A stretch of DNA of 64,000 bases, from the IMG/VR virus record IMGVR_UViG_3300002514_000019, positions 1 to 64,000 of that record; one strand, 5' to 3'. The first letter of the stretch is position 1; every line of letters starts with the position of its first letter. This DNA is from an uncultured virus (IMG/VR IMGVR_UViG_3300002514_000019). Its lineage: Duplodnaviria; Heunggongvirae; Uroviricota; Caudoviricetes. Below the pieces are notes generated by a model. It did no database searches. It was not told where the DNA came from and saw only the letters and a list, made by a program, of their open reading frames with translations. The position numbers and the translations under genes are program-made. Of this stretch, positions 36,719 through 46,937 are shown piece by piece.

Positions 36719-38743
36719 TCATGATCTCAAGTCGTGTATTTTAATGGGTATTACCCTTGTTTTCTGTAAATCTAAGTTTGTTACTTGCATTAAGTATTGT
36801 GGTCCTTTTGTTAATTCCGCACCTTCTTCAGCATCGTTACCCGGATCTTCACCTAATCCACTACTATTAAATAGAACATGACGCAAGTCGGTTACACCAT
36901 TCATGAGTTGTAACTGCCTAGGGCTTAAGGAAAGAAGAATTCCTCCTTCAGCGGGAGGGGAGCATTTGATTAAGTCTTCAGTTACGTTAACATTCTCCCC
37001 GGTAAACTCACTATATTTTTTTATGTAAAGATTCGGGTACGCTTTCGGCGCGCCGGAAGGCGAAACTAGCCTCACTACTAGTTCATTCTTATACTCATCA
37101 AACTTCACTACAAATTGTTGTGAATAGGGTGATGAATTTCCATGAGCGTCAATTGCAACAATTGCATATATGAATTTCGATTTTTTGGTAAATTCTAAAT
37201 CAGTGAATAGCGTCTTTGGCCATGGCATTTTTTCACGCAATGACGATCTAATAAACTCATTGCGAGGGAATGGTTTAATTGCATCGTTAAAATCATATTC
37301 TCTAATCAGCTGAAATGGATGCCAAAATTTCTCCCTACGAAATACTTGAAAATACTTTACATCTCTCTCAGGTGTAACAGGAAAATCCCACTCTATGTTT
37401 AATAGGTTACTACCATAATCCCAGATAAACCTGATCGTTGAAGGTGCGGATGGTGCTCCGGTGACCTCCCTGGGATCTGTTGTTACCGTCTTAATTGAGC
37501 CTGGTTTTGATGCCCATAGGTATTTTACCAAATAAGTTCCGCCGCTCTCCGGGTCTGGCAGTAGTGTTGAAAATATAGCAACAGAGCGAATTGCATATTC
37601 ATAAGTGGCTCCGCACCTTATTCTAGAGTCTAGGCCCTGGGTTGTGTTAGGATTTCCAAAGACGATGGTTTTTCTTCGAACTCTCTCACCAGTCGCTAGC
37701 TTTTCAAACTTCTCACAAATATATCCTATATGCTCTATACTTGTTGAAATACTTGAGTTTCCAGAAACATGTTCAACATCAAAAATTCTTCCCCTTTGAT
37801 TGGCCAATTCCTCCACGTCCAAATTAATTTCATAATCATGATAACCCGGGGCAGTCTCGGCTTTTGATCGAACGTCGGTCTGTATCTTGAATGATGTCTT
37901 CAAATCCCTGGAGATTGCAGCTGAAAATGGGGCGTTTGCCATGCTACTGCCTGCCATCATGATGTCGCCCATAAACTTTGCATTTATTTGTGTATACAAA
38001 TTAACACTGGCCAGGTCTTCATACATATTCTCACCGGCCCGTATATTAAGATCTGAGTCTAAATAACTGGTGCCCCCCTTGTCAATCTCTTGAAGTGCTG
38101 CCCAGGCCATGTCAAAATATGTTGCACTTATTCCGGCAGATTGATCAAAACCCTCTACTAACGGCTCTCCAAAGTTACCGCCTTGTTTTACCGATGAGGC
38201 ATTAATATATTTTGATGATATATTGGTAAAACTGCCTCCCATTATTCTCTGTAGTTCCTTCACCTCTCTAGCCATTTGTAGGGCTAAGTTATTAGGCTGT
38301 AGTGCTACAGAAACAAACTGATTATTGGGTGTAGTCCCTACGGATGAGTCATCTAACATATTTCCCATATGTGCACGAATCAATTGTTCATAATTCTCAG
38401 CTTCAGCGATAGTTGACAAACTCTTTGTCTGGTTCCAGGGCGCGTTGGAAGTAATAGTGGGCTTAGAAAAACTAAGCTGAATATATCTTGGGACCTGTGT
38501 TTTAACACTATACATGTACGAATTCTCTGACATTAAAGGTGATGGTGAATATGCACCGTCACCATTTGAGAATGCGTTTATAATCTTATCTTCCTCTTCT
38601 AAGAGAACACTGTATCCTGAAAAATTTTCTGACTCATCCGGTGTAAAGAAACTGTATACAAATTTCATTGTTACGTCCGTAGGGGGAGGTAACATGCAAA
38701 AATTAACAGGTAAAGAAGGGGTGGTGATTTTTGTTTGAAACAT
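36719..38743 (-). CDS. Putative structural protein with FN3/Ig-like repeats
   Basis: GATYEYAIRSV, APSAP, LNIEWDFP, YFQVFRR, FIYAIVAIDAHGNSS are FN3-like patterns. Confidence 0.55.
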   Translation of the reverse strand: MFQTKITTPSLPVNFCMLPPPTDVTMKFVYSFFTPDESENFSGYSVLLEEEDKIINAFSNGDGAYSPSPLMSENSYMYSVKTQVPRYIQLSFSKPTITSNAPWNQTKSLSTIAEAENYEQLIRAHMGNMLDDSSVGTTPNNQFVSVALQPNNLALQMAREVKELQRIMGGSFTNISSKYINASSVKQGGNFGEPLVEGFDQSAGISATYFDMAWAALQEIDKGGTSYLDSDLNIRAGENMYEDLASVNLYTQINAKFMGDIMMAGSSMANAPFSAAISRDLKTSFKIQTDVRSKAETAPGYHDYEINLDVEELANQRGRIFDVEHVSGNSSISTSIEHIGYICEKFEKLATGERVRRKTIVFGNPNTTQGLDSRIRCGATYEYAIRSVAIFSTLLPDPESGGTYLVKYLWASKPGSIKTVTTDPREVTGAPSAPSTIRFIWDYGSNLLNIEWDFPVTPERDVKYFQVFRREKFWHPFQLIREYDFNDAIKPFPRNEFIRSSLREKMPWPKTLFTDLEFTKKSKFIYAIVAIDAHGNSSPYSQQFVVKFDEYKNELVVRLVSPSGAPKAYPNLYIKKYSEFTGENVNVTEDLIKCSPPAEGGILLSLSPRQLQLMNGVTDLRHVLFNSSGLGEDPGNDAEEGAELTKGPQYLMQVTNLDLQKTRVIPIKIHDLRS

Positions 38744-38755
38744 AAGTTAACTCTC

Positions 38756-41700
38756 CTACACGAGCTCTATATAACAATAGTATTGATCAAAAGAAACTAT
38801 TTCTTCAGTCGTAATTGGATAAAGCGACTCGGCTTCATTACCATAATTAGGCATCTGTACTTGCGCGCCCTGGTTTAACAAGTACATACCACCTGCCGCC
38901 GTTCCCGTTATTGCGCCCATCCCTTGTAGCGTCTCGATTGTATCTTGAGGAGTATTTACTAAATCTATTCTCCACCGATCAATATCAATTGGTATTAAGA
39001 ATGTCCTGTCAAATACCAAGGGAACCTGATGCTTGAGAGTATAAGTCTTTTTCAAAAACGGCATGCCGGCTATCATCCTAAACATTCTCACCTCGGCCTC
39101 ATTTATCATACCGGCATTTATTTCATTTGTCAAATCAGCCACGGTCTTTACACGAAAGTGTGTACCAGTGCCGTCTGGAAGTGATCCTCCAGGTGCGTTG
39201 ACACCGGGTTCAACCATATCCACCGGCAATAACTTCCCGGTGGATAGATATTTCTTATCCTCAGCACTAAATGTAGCATATGCATCAGTTAAGTACTTAA
39301 GCCCAAGTTCTGATATCCATACATCATTTAATGAAGAATACTTGCTTGGCATAAAAACACCTTCATCAAATCGGACGCCAAACCCTGTACGGTAATAAAG
39401 TTTTAACAATCTATCCCGAAAATGATTCAAGAGCATCCCCCTGATCTCTCTCTTATTCTGAAATGTGCCAGGCTGACCGCCAAGTCGAGCATATGGGCCC
39501 TCTGTAGCCTGCTTGTGATTGGGTGTACCCCCCCAGTATCCCTGCTCAACAACCGATTTAAATTGTCGACCGGAGGGGGTGAAACAACCCTCCCAGTCAG
39601 GCTCATCTTGAACTGCATACGGACGCAAGGTGGGATCTCGCCGTTCGGCAAGGACCTTTCCTAAATGCTCAAACTCTCCCTGTGCCATTGGCGCTTCACC
39701 AGGTGATGCCGGCATTTCGGGGAGAGCAATTTGTCCGGTTGCAGACGATAGGTAGTAGGAAAAATTATATGGTAAAAAGACACACATATCATATGAGAAA
39801 CGTTGGGTCTCAAATACAATTTCATCATAGAGCATTGATTTTCTAACAACATTTACTCGAATGACCGTTGACTGGGATTCATCGGCAAGATTATTTTTTG
39901 CAGCAAGATCTGTACCCACTAACTCCTGACTGCTATGATTTTGTTGGGCATCACGTAACTGTTCAATCAGGCCGGGTGGTATACCCACTGCAAGTACTTT
40001 TACGTTTCCGCCCCGGGGGAACTCAAGTTCAGGGTCGCTATAAAGCATATGCATTGCCCATGAATTTTGACCAAAATATGGGGCGCCTTGGCCAAGGGAG
40101 GGTGACTTAAGATCATGCTCGCCATTGACATATTCATCCGGGCTAAACCAGCGATATGGATCATTTTCGAATGTATATTGTGGATTATGGCCGATGAGCG
40201 GGGTTCGTAGGCCTTGAGAACCTAAAATAGACGAACGATATGCCAGGTTTTCTCGTGTGATTCCCTTATACACATCTTTTTCAAAATCTTGTTGCTCAGA
40301 CAGCCTATAAGAAGCATATGAGGAAACTTCATCTGGCTTAGTCTCAAGAAAGCTTTCATACGTAGTTCCTATATCACACAAGTCTTTGGCATATTTTTCT
40401 AATATACTCAAGCCCATATTGCCGGCATCAACCTCACTAAACATTAGTTCAAAAGGCGCATTAAGTTCTGACCACCCACGGTGGTCTGCAGTTATGTTGG
40501 CAATTGTTATGGCGGCTTTTTTACCCCCGTTAATCTTTTCTTCCGATAATATGCCTGCCGACTCATCCATGGATGTAGAGCCAGCGCTAGAGTACCCTGT
40601 AAGATTTTCCTGTGTAAAGAACTCTCCATTCTCGAACCAAAACAAATCAGGATTAGGTGACTCACGGCCTGTTCGAACCCTACGAATATAGTCTATATAA
40701 AGTGCTAGTTGCCTTGCTAACTCTGGGTTGCAATAGTAGACGTGGTGTTCTTGTTCACCCGCTAGATCCCAATATTGATCCAGTGCTTCCTGGGCCCATG
40801 AGGTAACTGGGGAGTGAGCTCCTAATACGTCTAAAAACATCTCAAAAACCAGATATAATAAGGCATTCTCATCTAGGCCGTGCCACCGGGTGCACTTTGC
40901 AGCACCGGTTATTGTATTTGATTGCCCATTGAAAGCACCTGCACCTTGTGCTAAACTGTCCCATGTATCAGATGTGTCGGGACCGGCCAGGATTAAATTT
41001 GCCCCAAATTGCGCACTAAAAACGGTACCGGCGTTCACACTAGAATACCAAGCTTTAGTATCTAGATCAGTAGCTAGGGGCTGGGGCTTGTTTATAGAAT
41101 TGGCATTTGCAGCGCGTTGTTGAAGGTATAAGCATGCATCAATTATTACGTCAAATATATTTACATCATCGGAATCATCTGTACCGGCACCGGAGACTGC
41201 TTGTATTAGCTTGGTCCGGATATTTGTGTATGTCACATTTGTTAACAGTTGTGTAGCCACAACTTTATCAAGTTTATATGCCGGCGTACCCTGAAAAACT
41301 ACAATCGGTTCGGTTATCTTCAAAGACTCATCAGCATAGTGGTTCGCTGCAACATCTTTCATATAACCAGCATACAGTTCGGAATCTTTTATGGACGGAT
41401 CACCCACTTGACCACTTATAATCTCGGCCAACATGTTGGCTACAATCCCAACCTTTGAAGAACTTGAATCAACGGGAATAATTTTTCCACTTGAGTCTAC
41501 AAGCGCGTATGGCGCATCCCATGAATTTAGTCCAGTAACACCGACGTTTGAAACATTGGGATGCAATCGATACCATTCAAGTTGATCATCTCCGTCTTGA
41601 GCGCGCTTTGCGAGACGTTTATCTCTACGTGCTAACAACAATTGAAACAACATAGACTTTGCGTTGGAGTCATTTGTTTCTGATCTTGTGTAGGCTACCC

Positions 41701-44266
41701 TAAATGCCTCTGTCATGTACACCGCGTGCATCCCGGTCACGGTGCTCGGGTCGTAGATCCACTTACGCCACATTTTAGTCTCATCATTACTGTCCCAATA
41801 GGGGCCCGCGGTGGCATCCTGACTTACACCATCCATCTTTGTCAGAATTTTTGTGGATATTTGTCCCAGAATATAGGAATATACAGACACAGGGTGCAAT
41901 TCATTATCCCATGTGTCAGCTAAAGGAATTTCGGCAGAGGAAGGATGATCTTTAGTTTGTTGACTGGATACCATATCAAGGAGATACCTACAACACTGTG
42001 ATGCATTGCTTATGGAACCCTTTAAGTCCTTAGCAAATCCCGGAAATAATTTATAGGTCTCAAAAAGTTTAACAGGGTCACCGGTAGACGGATTATTTCC
42101 CACCGGCCCGACCAAAGTGTCAACCATAAAATCACCGCCGCTTGTTAAGGTAGCTGCGGATCCAGGAGTATCTAGATTGAATGACTTAAAGTCCGGGCCC
42201 TCAAAGGACATGACACCATTAAAGTCACCGGCTAATACATTTTGATCACCATTATCAATGGTTATAAATTCTGCGGGCCGATTATAATCACCCTGTGATA
42301 CCCCTGAAATCTTCCACGTACTGCTATTGCCGTCGTAGTGTACCTTGAGGCCCTTACCCTGTTGGGTGGTACCGTACAATATCGGATCAAATGTACCAAA
42401 AATATCCTTAAAAATATCTACGATATTCACATTATTTTGATCTAGGCTCAAGACTTTTGCCATATCAAAAGATGATGGGCCACCCTGTAGTTTTGAGAAA
42501 AAGCCAATCCCTGCAGACACTGATAGTTCTTTACCTAACAACGTAGCATAATGACATAGTTTCATACCTGAGCTTGCATACATAAAATTGGAGTCCAGCT
42601 GGGCTTGAAATACGGCTTCTTGGTTAATATTTGAATAGGGAGCACCAAACCTTATCAGCGGTTCCTTCTGTTTAAACCCTAGTTGGGGAAGTGTTAAAAT
42701 AGGGGATCCCCAATTACTTCCCATTGAACCAGGAAAACTTGGATCTAGCGAAAATGTTGATTGAGGCGGTTGTGGGATCATTAATCCTAAAATTTTTCTA
42801 TGATACTGCCAGCTTCCTACCTCACATATGCGAATCAATTCTTCAATAATTTTTGCATACGCCTTTGTCGCTGAAAAATTTGCCCAGCTGTTCGAAGCAT
42901 AGTCGTATTGACCAAAGTATCCCAAAAAATTACCGATGTGTGGTTGGAACTTTACATTGCCATAAACAAAAGGTGTTGGGGCATCGGGCCCTGCGGTTCC
43001 CCACCAGCCGGGAATATTATTTTCTTGTGCCGGATTTGGGAACCCGGCATCACCCTCAGTTACATACTTTGAATAAAATACATTGTTATAATCTTCTATA
43101 TCATGATCAGCAACCACACTTTTAAATAACAACGATTTCTTTGCATGTTGCATCATGTTATATAGTTCGATATGTGACTTTAGGTCTGACTTTAGAGTAT
43201 TTACCTTATATGTCAGAGTATCGCGCAGTTCCTTGGCTAACCCAGGTGCGGTTTGTGCCTCTTCAATCTTTGCGACACATTCCCTAGCAGCCTGTATTCT
43301 TACAAATGATTGTTTAAAGCGTAGATCCACAACATCTTTTACTGGTTGTGTAAATCCCAATGCACTGTTTACCTTCTTATCAGTGTCAGCATCAATCATA
43401 GTGGCCGGTTTCCAGTCTAACAGCGCAATGATTGATGGTCGACCGGGGGAAAACTCGGGCCGAATTATTTCTTTGTCGTCCAGAATACCACCTCCAGGAT
43501 CAACTATTCCTGGCTCACCTAGGTGAATGTCAATAGCTCCCTCCGAAATGGAATTATCACCTATCATAATAGCGTCATTTTCTATATCGATATTAACAGG
43601 TACTTCTTGGAATGCAAAACCGCCGCCCATGGGATTGTTACCCATGGACATATTTTCGCCGGACATCCCAGCTCCGGCTATACCGAGCTGTTTATCTTTA
43701 GAAAAATCAGTCTGATTTTCTGCCGGTCCATCCATACTAATGCCACCGGCGATTTGGGCACCTCCCTGGCCCCCTAAGGCCCCCGAAAAGCTCTTAGAAG
43801 ACTTTTGTGATTGAAAGTCTCGTTGTGACGGTGGGTAATTAGGCGGAACTGAAGACTCTTGTGTTAGTTCTTCCTGCATCATAGGAGGCTCGTCATTTTC
43901 TGGGGACTCTATATATGCAGTTAATTCCGTGGCCTGGCCTGCGCCTGAGGCATTGGCATCTGACGTTTCATAGGACTTATAATCATTATTCTCCGGGTTG
44001 GGTGAAATATTCATGATCGGAACATCATTAACATTCGATCCCGCGTCTGCCATGGGACCTGTGTCGGCTTCGTTGGACTGTCTTTGTTCTTCTTTTAGCA
44101 CTTCGATCTTTAGTGCAGTATTATCCTGAACATTTTCTTCGGCTGCATTTTCTACTACAACATCCGCTGCCGGCGAGTTCTCCGCGTCTGTTGAGTTATA
44201 TCCATCATTACCAGTGGCACCTGGAACATTTTGACCTACCATGCCTTTTGCTAACTTAAAGCTCAT
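38756..44266 (-). CDS. Very large hypothetical protein (1836 aa)
   Basis: Uninterrupted ORF; acidic low-complexity N-terminus of about 270 aa; no family recognised. Confidence 0.65.
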   Translation of the reverse strand: MSFKLAKGMVGQNVPGATGNDGYNSTDAENSPAADVVVENAAEENVQDNTALKIEVLKEEQRQSNEADTGPMADAGSNVNDVPIMNISPNPENNDYKSYETSDANASGAGQATELTAYIESPENDEPPMMQEELTQESSVPPNYPPSQRDFQSQKSSKSFSGALGGQGGAQIAGGISMDGPAENQTDFSKDKQLGIAGAGMSGENMSMGNNPMGGGFAFQEVPVNIDIENDAIMIGDNSISEGAIDIHLGEPGIVDPGGGILDDKEIIRPEFSPGRPSIIALLDWKPATMIDADTDKKVNSALGFTQPVKDVVDLRFKQSFVRIQAARECVAKIEEAQTAPGLAKELRDTLTYKVNTLKSDLKSHIELYNMMQHAKKSLLFKSVVADHDIEDYNNVFYSKYVTEGDAGFPNPAQENNIPGWWGTAGPDAPTPFVYGNVKFQPHIGNFLGYFGQYDYASNSWANFSATKAYAKIIEELIRICEVGSWQYHRKILGLMIPQPPQSTFSLDPSFPGSMGSNWGSPILTLPQLGFKQKEPLIRFGAPYSNINQEAVFQAQLDSNFMYASSGMKLCHYATLLGKELSVSAGIGFFSKLQGGPSSFDMAKVLSLDQNNVNIVDIFKDIFGTFDPILYGTTQQGKGLKVHYDGNSSTWKISGVSQGDYNRPAEFITIDNGDQNVLAGDFNGVMSFEGPDFKSFNLDTPGSAATLTSGGDFMVDTLVGPVGNNPSTGDPVKLFETYKLFPGFAKDLKGSISNASQCCRYLLDMVSSQQTKDHPSSAEIPLADTWDNELHPVSVYSYILGQISTKILTKMDGVSQDATAGPYWDSNDETKMWRKWIYDPSTVTGMHAVYMTEAFRVAYTRSETNDSNAKSMLFQLLLARRDKRLAKRAQDGDDQLEWYRLHPNVSNVGVTGLNSWDAPYALVDSSGKIIPVDSSSSKVGIVANMLAEIISGQVGDPSIKDSELYAGYMKDVAANHYADESLKITEPIVVFQGTPAYKLDKVVATQLLTNVTYTNIRTKLIQAVSGAGTDDSDDVNIFDVIIDACLYLQQRAANANSINKPQPLATDLDTKAWYSSVNAGTVFSAQFGANLILAGPDTSDTWDSLAQGAGAFNGQSNTITGAAKCTRWHGLDENALLYLVFEMFLDVLGAHSPVTSWAQEALDQYWDLAGEQEHHVYYCNPELARQLALYIDYIRRVRTGRESPNPDLFWFENGEFFTQENLTGYSSAGSTSMDESAGILSEEKINGGKKAAITIANITADHRGWSELNAPFELMFSEVDAGNMGLSILEKYAKDLCDIGTTYESFLETKPDEVSSYASYRLSEQQDFEKDVYKGITRENLAYRSSILGSQGLRTPLIGHNPQYTFENDPYRWFSPDEYVNGEHDLKSPSLGQGAPYFGQNSWAMHMLYSDPELEFPRGGNVKVLAVGIPPGLIEQLRDAQQNHSSQELVGTDLAAKNNLADESQSTVIRVNVVRKSMLYDEIVFETQRFSYDMCVFLPYNFSYYLSSATGQIALPEMPASPGEAPMAQGEFEHLGKVLAERRDPTLRPYAVQDEPDWEGCFTPSGRQFKSVVEQGYWGGTPNHKQATEGPYARLGGQPGTFQNKREIRGMLLNHFRDRLLKLYYRTGFGVRFDEGVFMPSKYSSLNDVWISELGLKYLTDAYATFSAEDKKYLSTGKLLPVDMVEPGVNAPGGSLPDGTGTHFRVKTVADLTNEINAGMINEAEVRMFRMIAGMPFLKKTYTLKHQVPLVFDRTFLIPIDIDRWRIDLVNTPQDTIETLQGMGAITGTAAGGMYLLNQGAQVQMPNYGNEAESLYPITTEEIVSFDQYYCYIELV

Positions 44267-44269
44267 GCC

Positions 44270-46933
44270 TTATATCTCCATAGGATCTAAATTCATCCCG
44301 GTAATCACGGAAACATCATCCGAAATATTTCCAAATTTAAAATTATTCAACACGGGAATAATATTGTAAACCTTTCTTCCAATAGCACCAGACAACTTTT
44401 TGTCAATAAAGCTGTATGTATTACCTGGAGAGAATGTATGAAGGGTACCCACCGGTGCTGACAATCCTTTATACGTACAAAAGATTAGAAAATGATCAAT
44501 ATTTCTTGCATCACCACGCTCCACTGACCATGATAAGACGGTATTCCCTCTGTCAATAGACGACATAGGCTTTGATAATGTTGGGCCCTGCTTTTTAGTT
44601 CCATTGGAAATATGTGTGCGTATAGTTGATGTTTTGCCCTGTATAAATTCATTTGAGTCAAAGAGTATCGATGACTTTAAAGTCTTGTCCAGTATTCTTT
44701 CGGGGGGTGTTGTTGAGGTTTTTAAAGTGACTGGATTTTGAAATTTCCGAAAGTCTTTTTCAAAATTTGCAAGTGTTTGACCATCCTTCTCGTCCTCGAC
44801 TAATCCTTTAAATAACGTCATTGGTGAACGTCTTAAAACAGTAACCTCATATCTATATGTCACGCCAGGGTCTGGATCGGCTATTCCCAGCCTATCCCTA
44901 ACTTCAGGAGTGTCGCTAAAAGTACCTGCCGGCACAACACCAAAATTATCCTTTATACCGGTTTCCATGTTAATGCGTACAACTAAAAAAGATATTAAAT
45001 CTAAGTACTCCTGGCGATTTGTCTTAATATTTTCTAGAAAGTCAGTAGAAGCACCCGAGTTTTGTAGCTTACTTACTAACGACTCTAAACCAGCATCTAG
45101 ATCTCCTGCCTGTTGACTGGCATTTAAATCCATCGCGACGAGCTTAGTATTTCCGACACCTCTCTCTTTAATATTCTTGATCTCAAAACGTATCGATGCA
45201 TCGATACGTGCATGTTCATGTTCCACAAAAGCATTGGATAAGATATGATCACCCATTAATGTTATTAATTTTAACTGATATACATATTTTCTTCCTATCA
45301 AGGCATCATGATCTAAAAATGTGTTTGTTTCAAGCCCGGTGCCACGGCACTCCTGAATTTGGTTTTTAACATCACCTACTATTCTATCTTTCAACATTCC
45401 TAATCTAGGATTTGTCATTCCAGTCACATCTTTTGCAATAACGTAACATGAGACAGCAGGGGTTTGAAGCAAATCAACCTCAATCTCTACACCCTCCTCA
45501 ACACTCCTGGCACACATAACAGCTCTTGTCTCCTGGATGGATACTTTAGAAACACGATTTATTTGGCTTCTCCGTGGAACTGATACGGCAGATGCTATTT
45601 CCTGCCCATATAAAGAGGAGTTCATTGAGATGGCCCTATATAATATCGGAGAATCTGAGTTGTTATTGTCAGTAAACTCATAACTGCCATCACGAACTGT
45701 CATAGACTTTTTTAAGACCCGTGTGTAGGTAGAAGCTGCAGGGTTTAATGTACTTATTGATTTCTTAAAGACTAAAATCTCGCTAGCAGCGAGATCATTC
45801 TGTCTTACCTGGACGCGTGTAACACCTGGAGAAATGCTTTTAACCATTAGCAATGGAGGTGATTGCGGTCTCCTAAAGTTGCCTAGTTTATCTTGCATTT
45901 CTACGCTAGTTTTAATAGCTTGCGCTATAGAACCATTTTTCCTGCGTAGAAAAAATTGGAAAAAAAGACTTGACGACTCGTAAATTGCACTTTTTGGAAC
46001 TGTAACATCACAGACAAATGGAACAAATTGTGGAATGACCATTTGGGCACCTGAAGGGTGTGAAGCCTGATTTTTTCTTGTTATGGCGGTTTTTCTTATG
46101 TCATTAGAAATAGCATTTCTTGCTGGTAAGAAATCTGTGTTCAATTGAGAATTTAAGAATGGCTTGACCGGTATTGGACGATTATTATACTTTTCTAGGG
46201 TGTGAAATGTTGATATATCCGAACGGGTGTCGGCCGACCGTGTACCATCAAAGGAATACTCTGGTGTGTCTACTGGAAACGAAAAGTCAAAAATAGATAT
46301 TGGGTCCGTATGTTCACGATAAATAAGTTGATAGTATTTATTTTCTAAGCCTGTGGTACTGAACACTTCTGTATAATAACCCGGGTCGGTCATACTGGTG
46401 AATAATTGCCACTGTTTCGGGTCATCAGCATGCGTCATCTCTTTTATTAGCATTTTTGAAGGACGCAAATTTTTGGAAGGTATTTTGGGATCATTTGATG
46501 ATAGGCCTCCCACCTTGCTATAATAAGGTAAGGATACTTTTGGAGCCAGATATAGGCCGTCCGGACCAAAATTTTTCATACCAGCACTATTTGAGACTAG
46601 TGTAGTCATATCAAATGAAACATTAGTAACATGCGAGTCGGTATCTCTATCAGGAATCTTTCGCCTCCGGCGGGCCATCGTCTTAATCCCATTAATAAAG
46701 CCTGTCCTGCTATTTTGAGGCTGAGGACTTCTTAGTGGTTGTGACGGATCACTAGTGTATATGTCCAGGCTAATTTCCTGTGTCTTTTGTACCAATGCAG
46801 AAAAAGGGTTAACCCATAGCTCCATCCTTAATACGGCAACATCATTGTTCTCGGCAATAATATACATGTTATCATTTTTAATTTCAACCAGAGCACTTAC
46901 GCGCTTTTTTCCGCTTTTTCCCATTGTTAACAT
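44270..46933 (-). CDS. Large putative structural protein, beta-rich (Ig/FN3-like)
   Basis: GGAGGG RBS before ATG 46933; GRKYVYQL, GVTYRYEV, VLSWSV patterns. Confidence 0.55.
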   Translation of the reverse strand: MLTMGKSGKKRVSALVEIKNDNMYIIAENNDVAVLRMELWVNPFSALVQKTQEISLDIYTSDPSQPLRSPQPQNSRTGFINGIKTMARRRRKIPDRDTDSHVTNVSFDMTTLVSNSAGMKNFGPDGLYLAPKVSLPYYSKVGGLSSNDPKIPSKNLRPSKMLIKEMTHADDPKQWQLFTSMTDPGYYTEVFSTTGLENKYYQLIYREHTDPISIFDFSFPVDTPEYSFDGTRSADTRSDISTFHTLEKYNNRPIPVKPFLNSQLNTDFLPARNAISNDIRKTAITRKNQASHPSGAQMVIPQFVPFVCDVTVPKSAIYESSSLFFQFFLRRKNGSIAQAIKTSVEMQDKLGNFRRPQSPPLLMVKSISPGVTRVQVRQNDLAASEILVFKKSISTLNPAASTYTRVLKKSMTVRDGSYEFTDNNNSDSPILYRAISMNSSLYGQEIASAVSVPRRSQINRVSKVSIQETRAVMCARSVEEGVEIEVDLLQTPAVSCYVIAKDVTGMTNPRLGMLKDRIVGDVKNQIQECRGTGLETNTFLDHDALIGRKYVYQLKLITLMGDHILSNAFVEHEHARIDASIRFEIKNIKERGVGNTKLVAMDLNASQQAGDLDAGLESLVSKLQNSGASTDFLENIKTNRQEYLDLISFLVVRINMETGIKDNFGVVPAGTFSDTPEVRDRLGIADPDPGVTYRYEVTVLRRSPMTLFKGLVEDEKDGQTLANFEKDFRKFQNPVTLKTSTTPPERILDKTLKSSILFDSNEFIQGKTSTIRTHISNGTKKQGPTLSKPMSSIDRGNTVLSWSVERGDARNIDHFLIFCTYKGLSAPVGTLHTFSPGNTYSFIDKKLSGAIGRKVYNIIPVLNNFKFGNISDDVSVITGMNLDPMEI

Positions 46934-46937
46934 ATCA

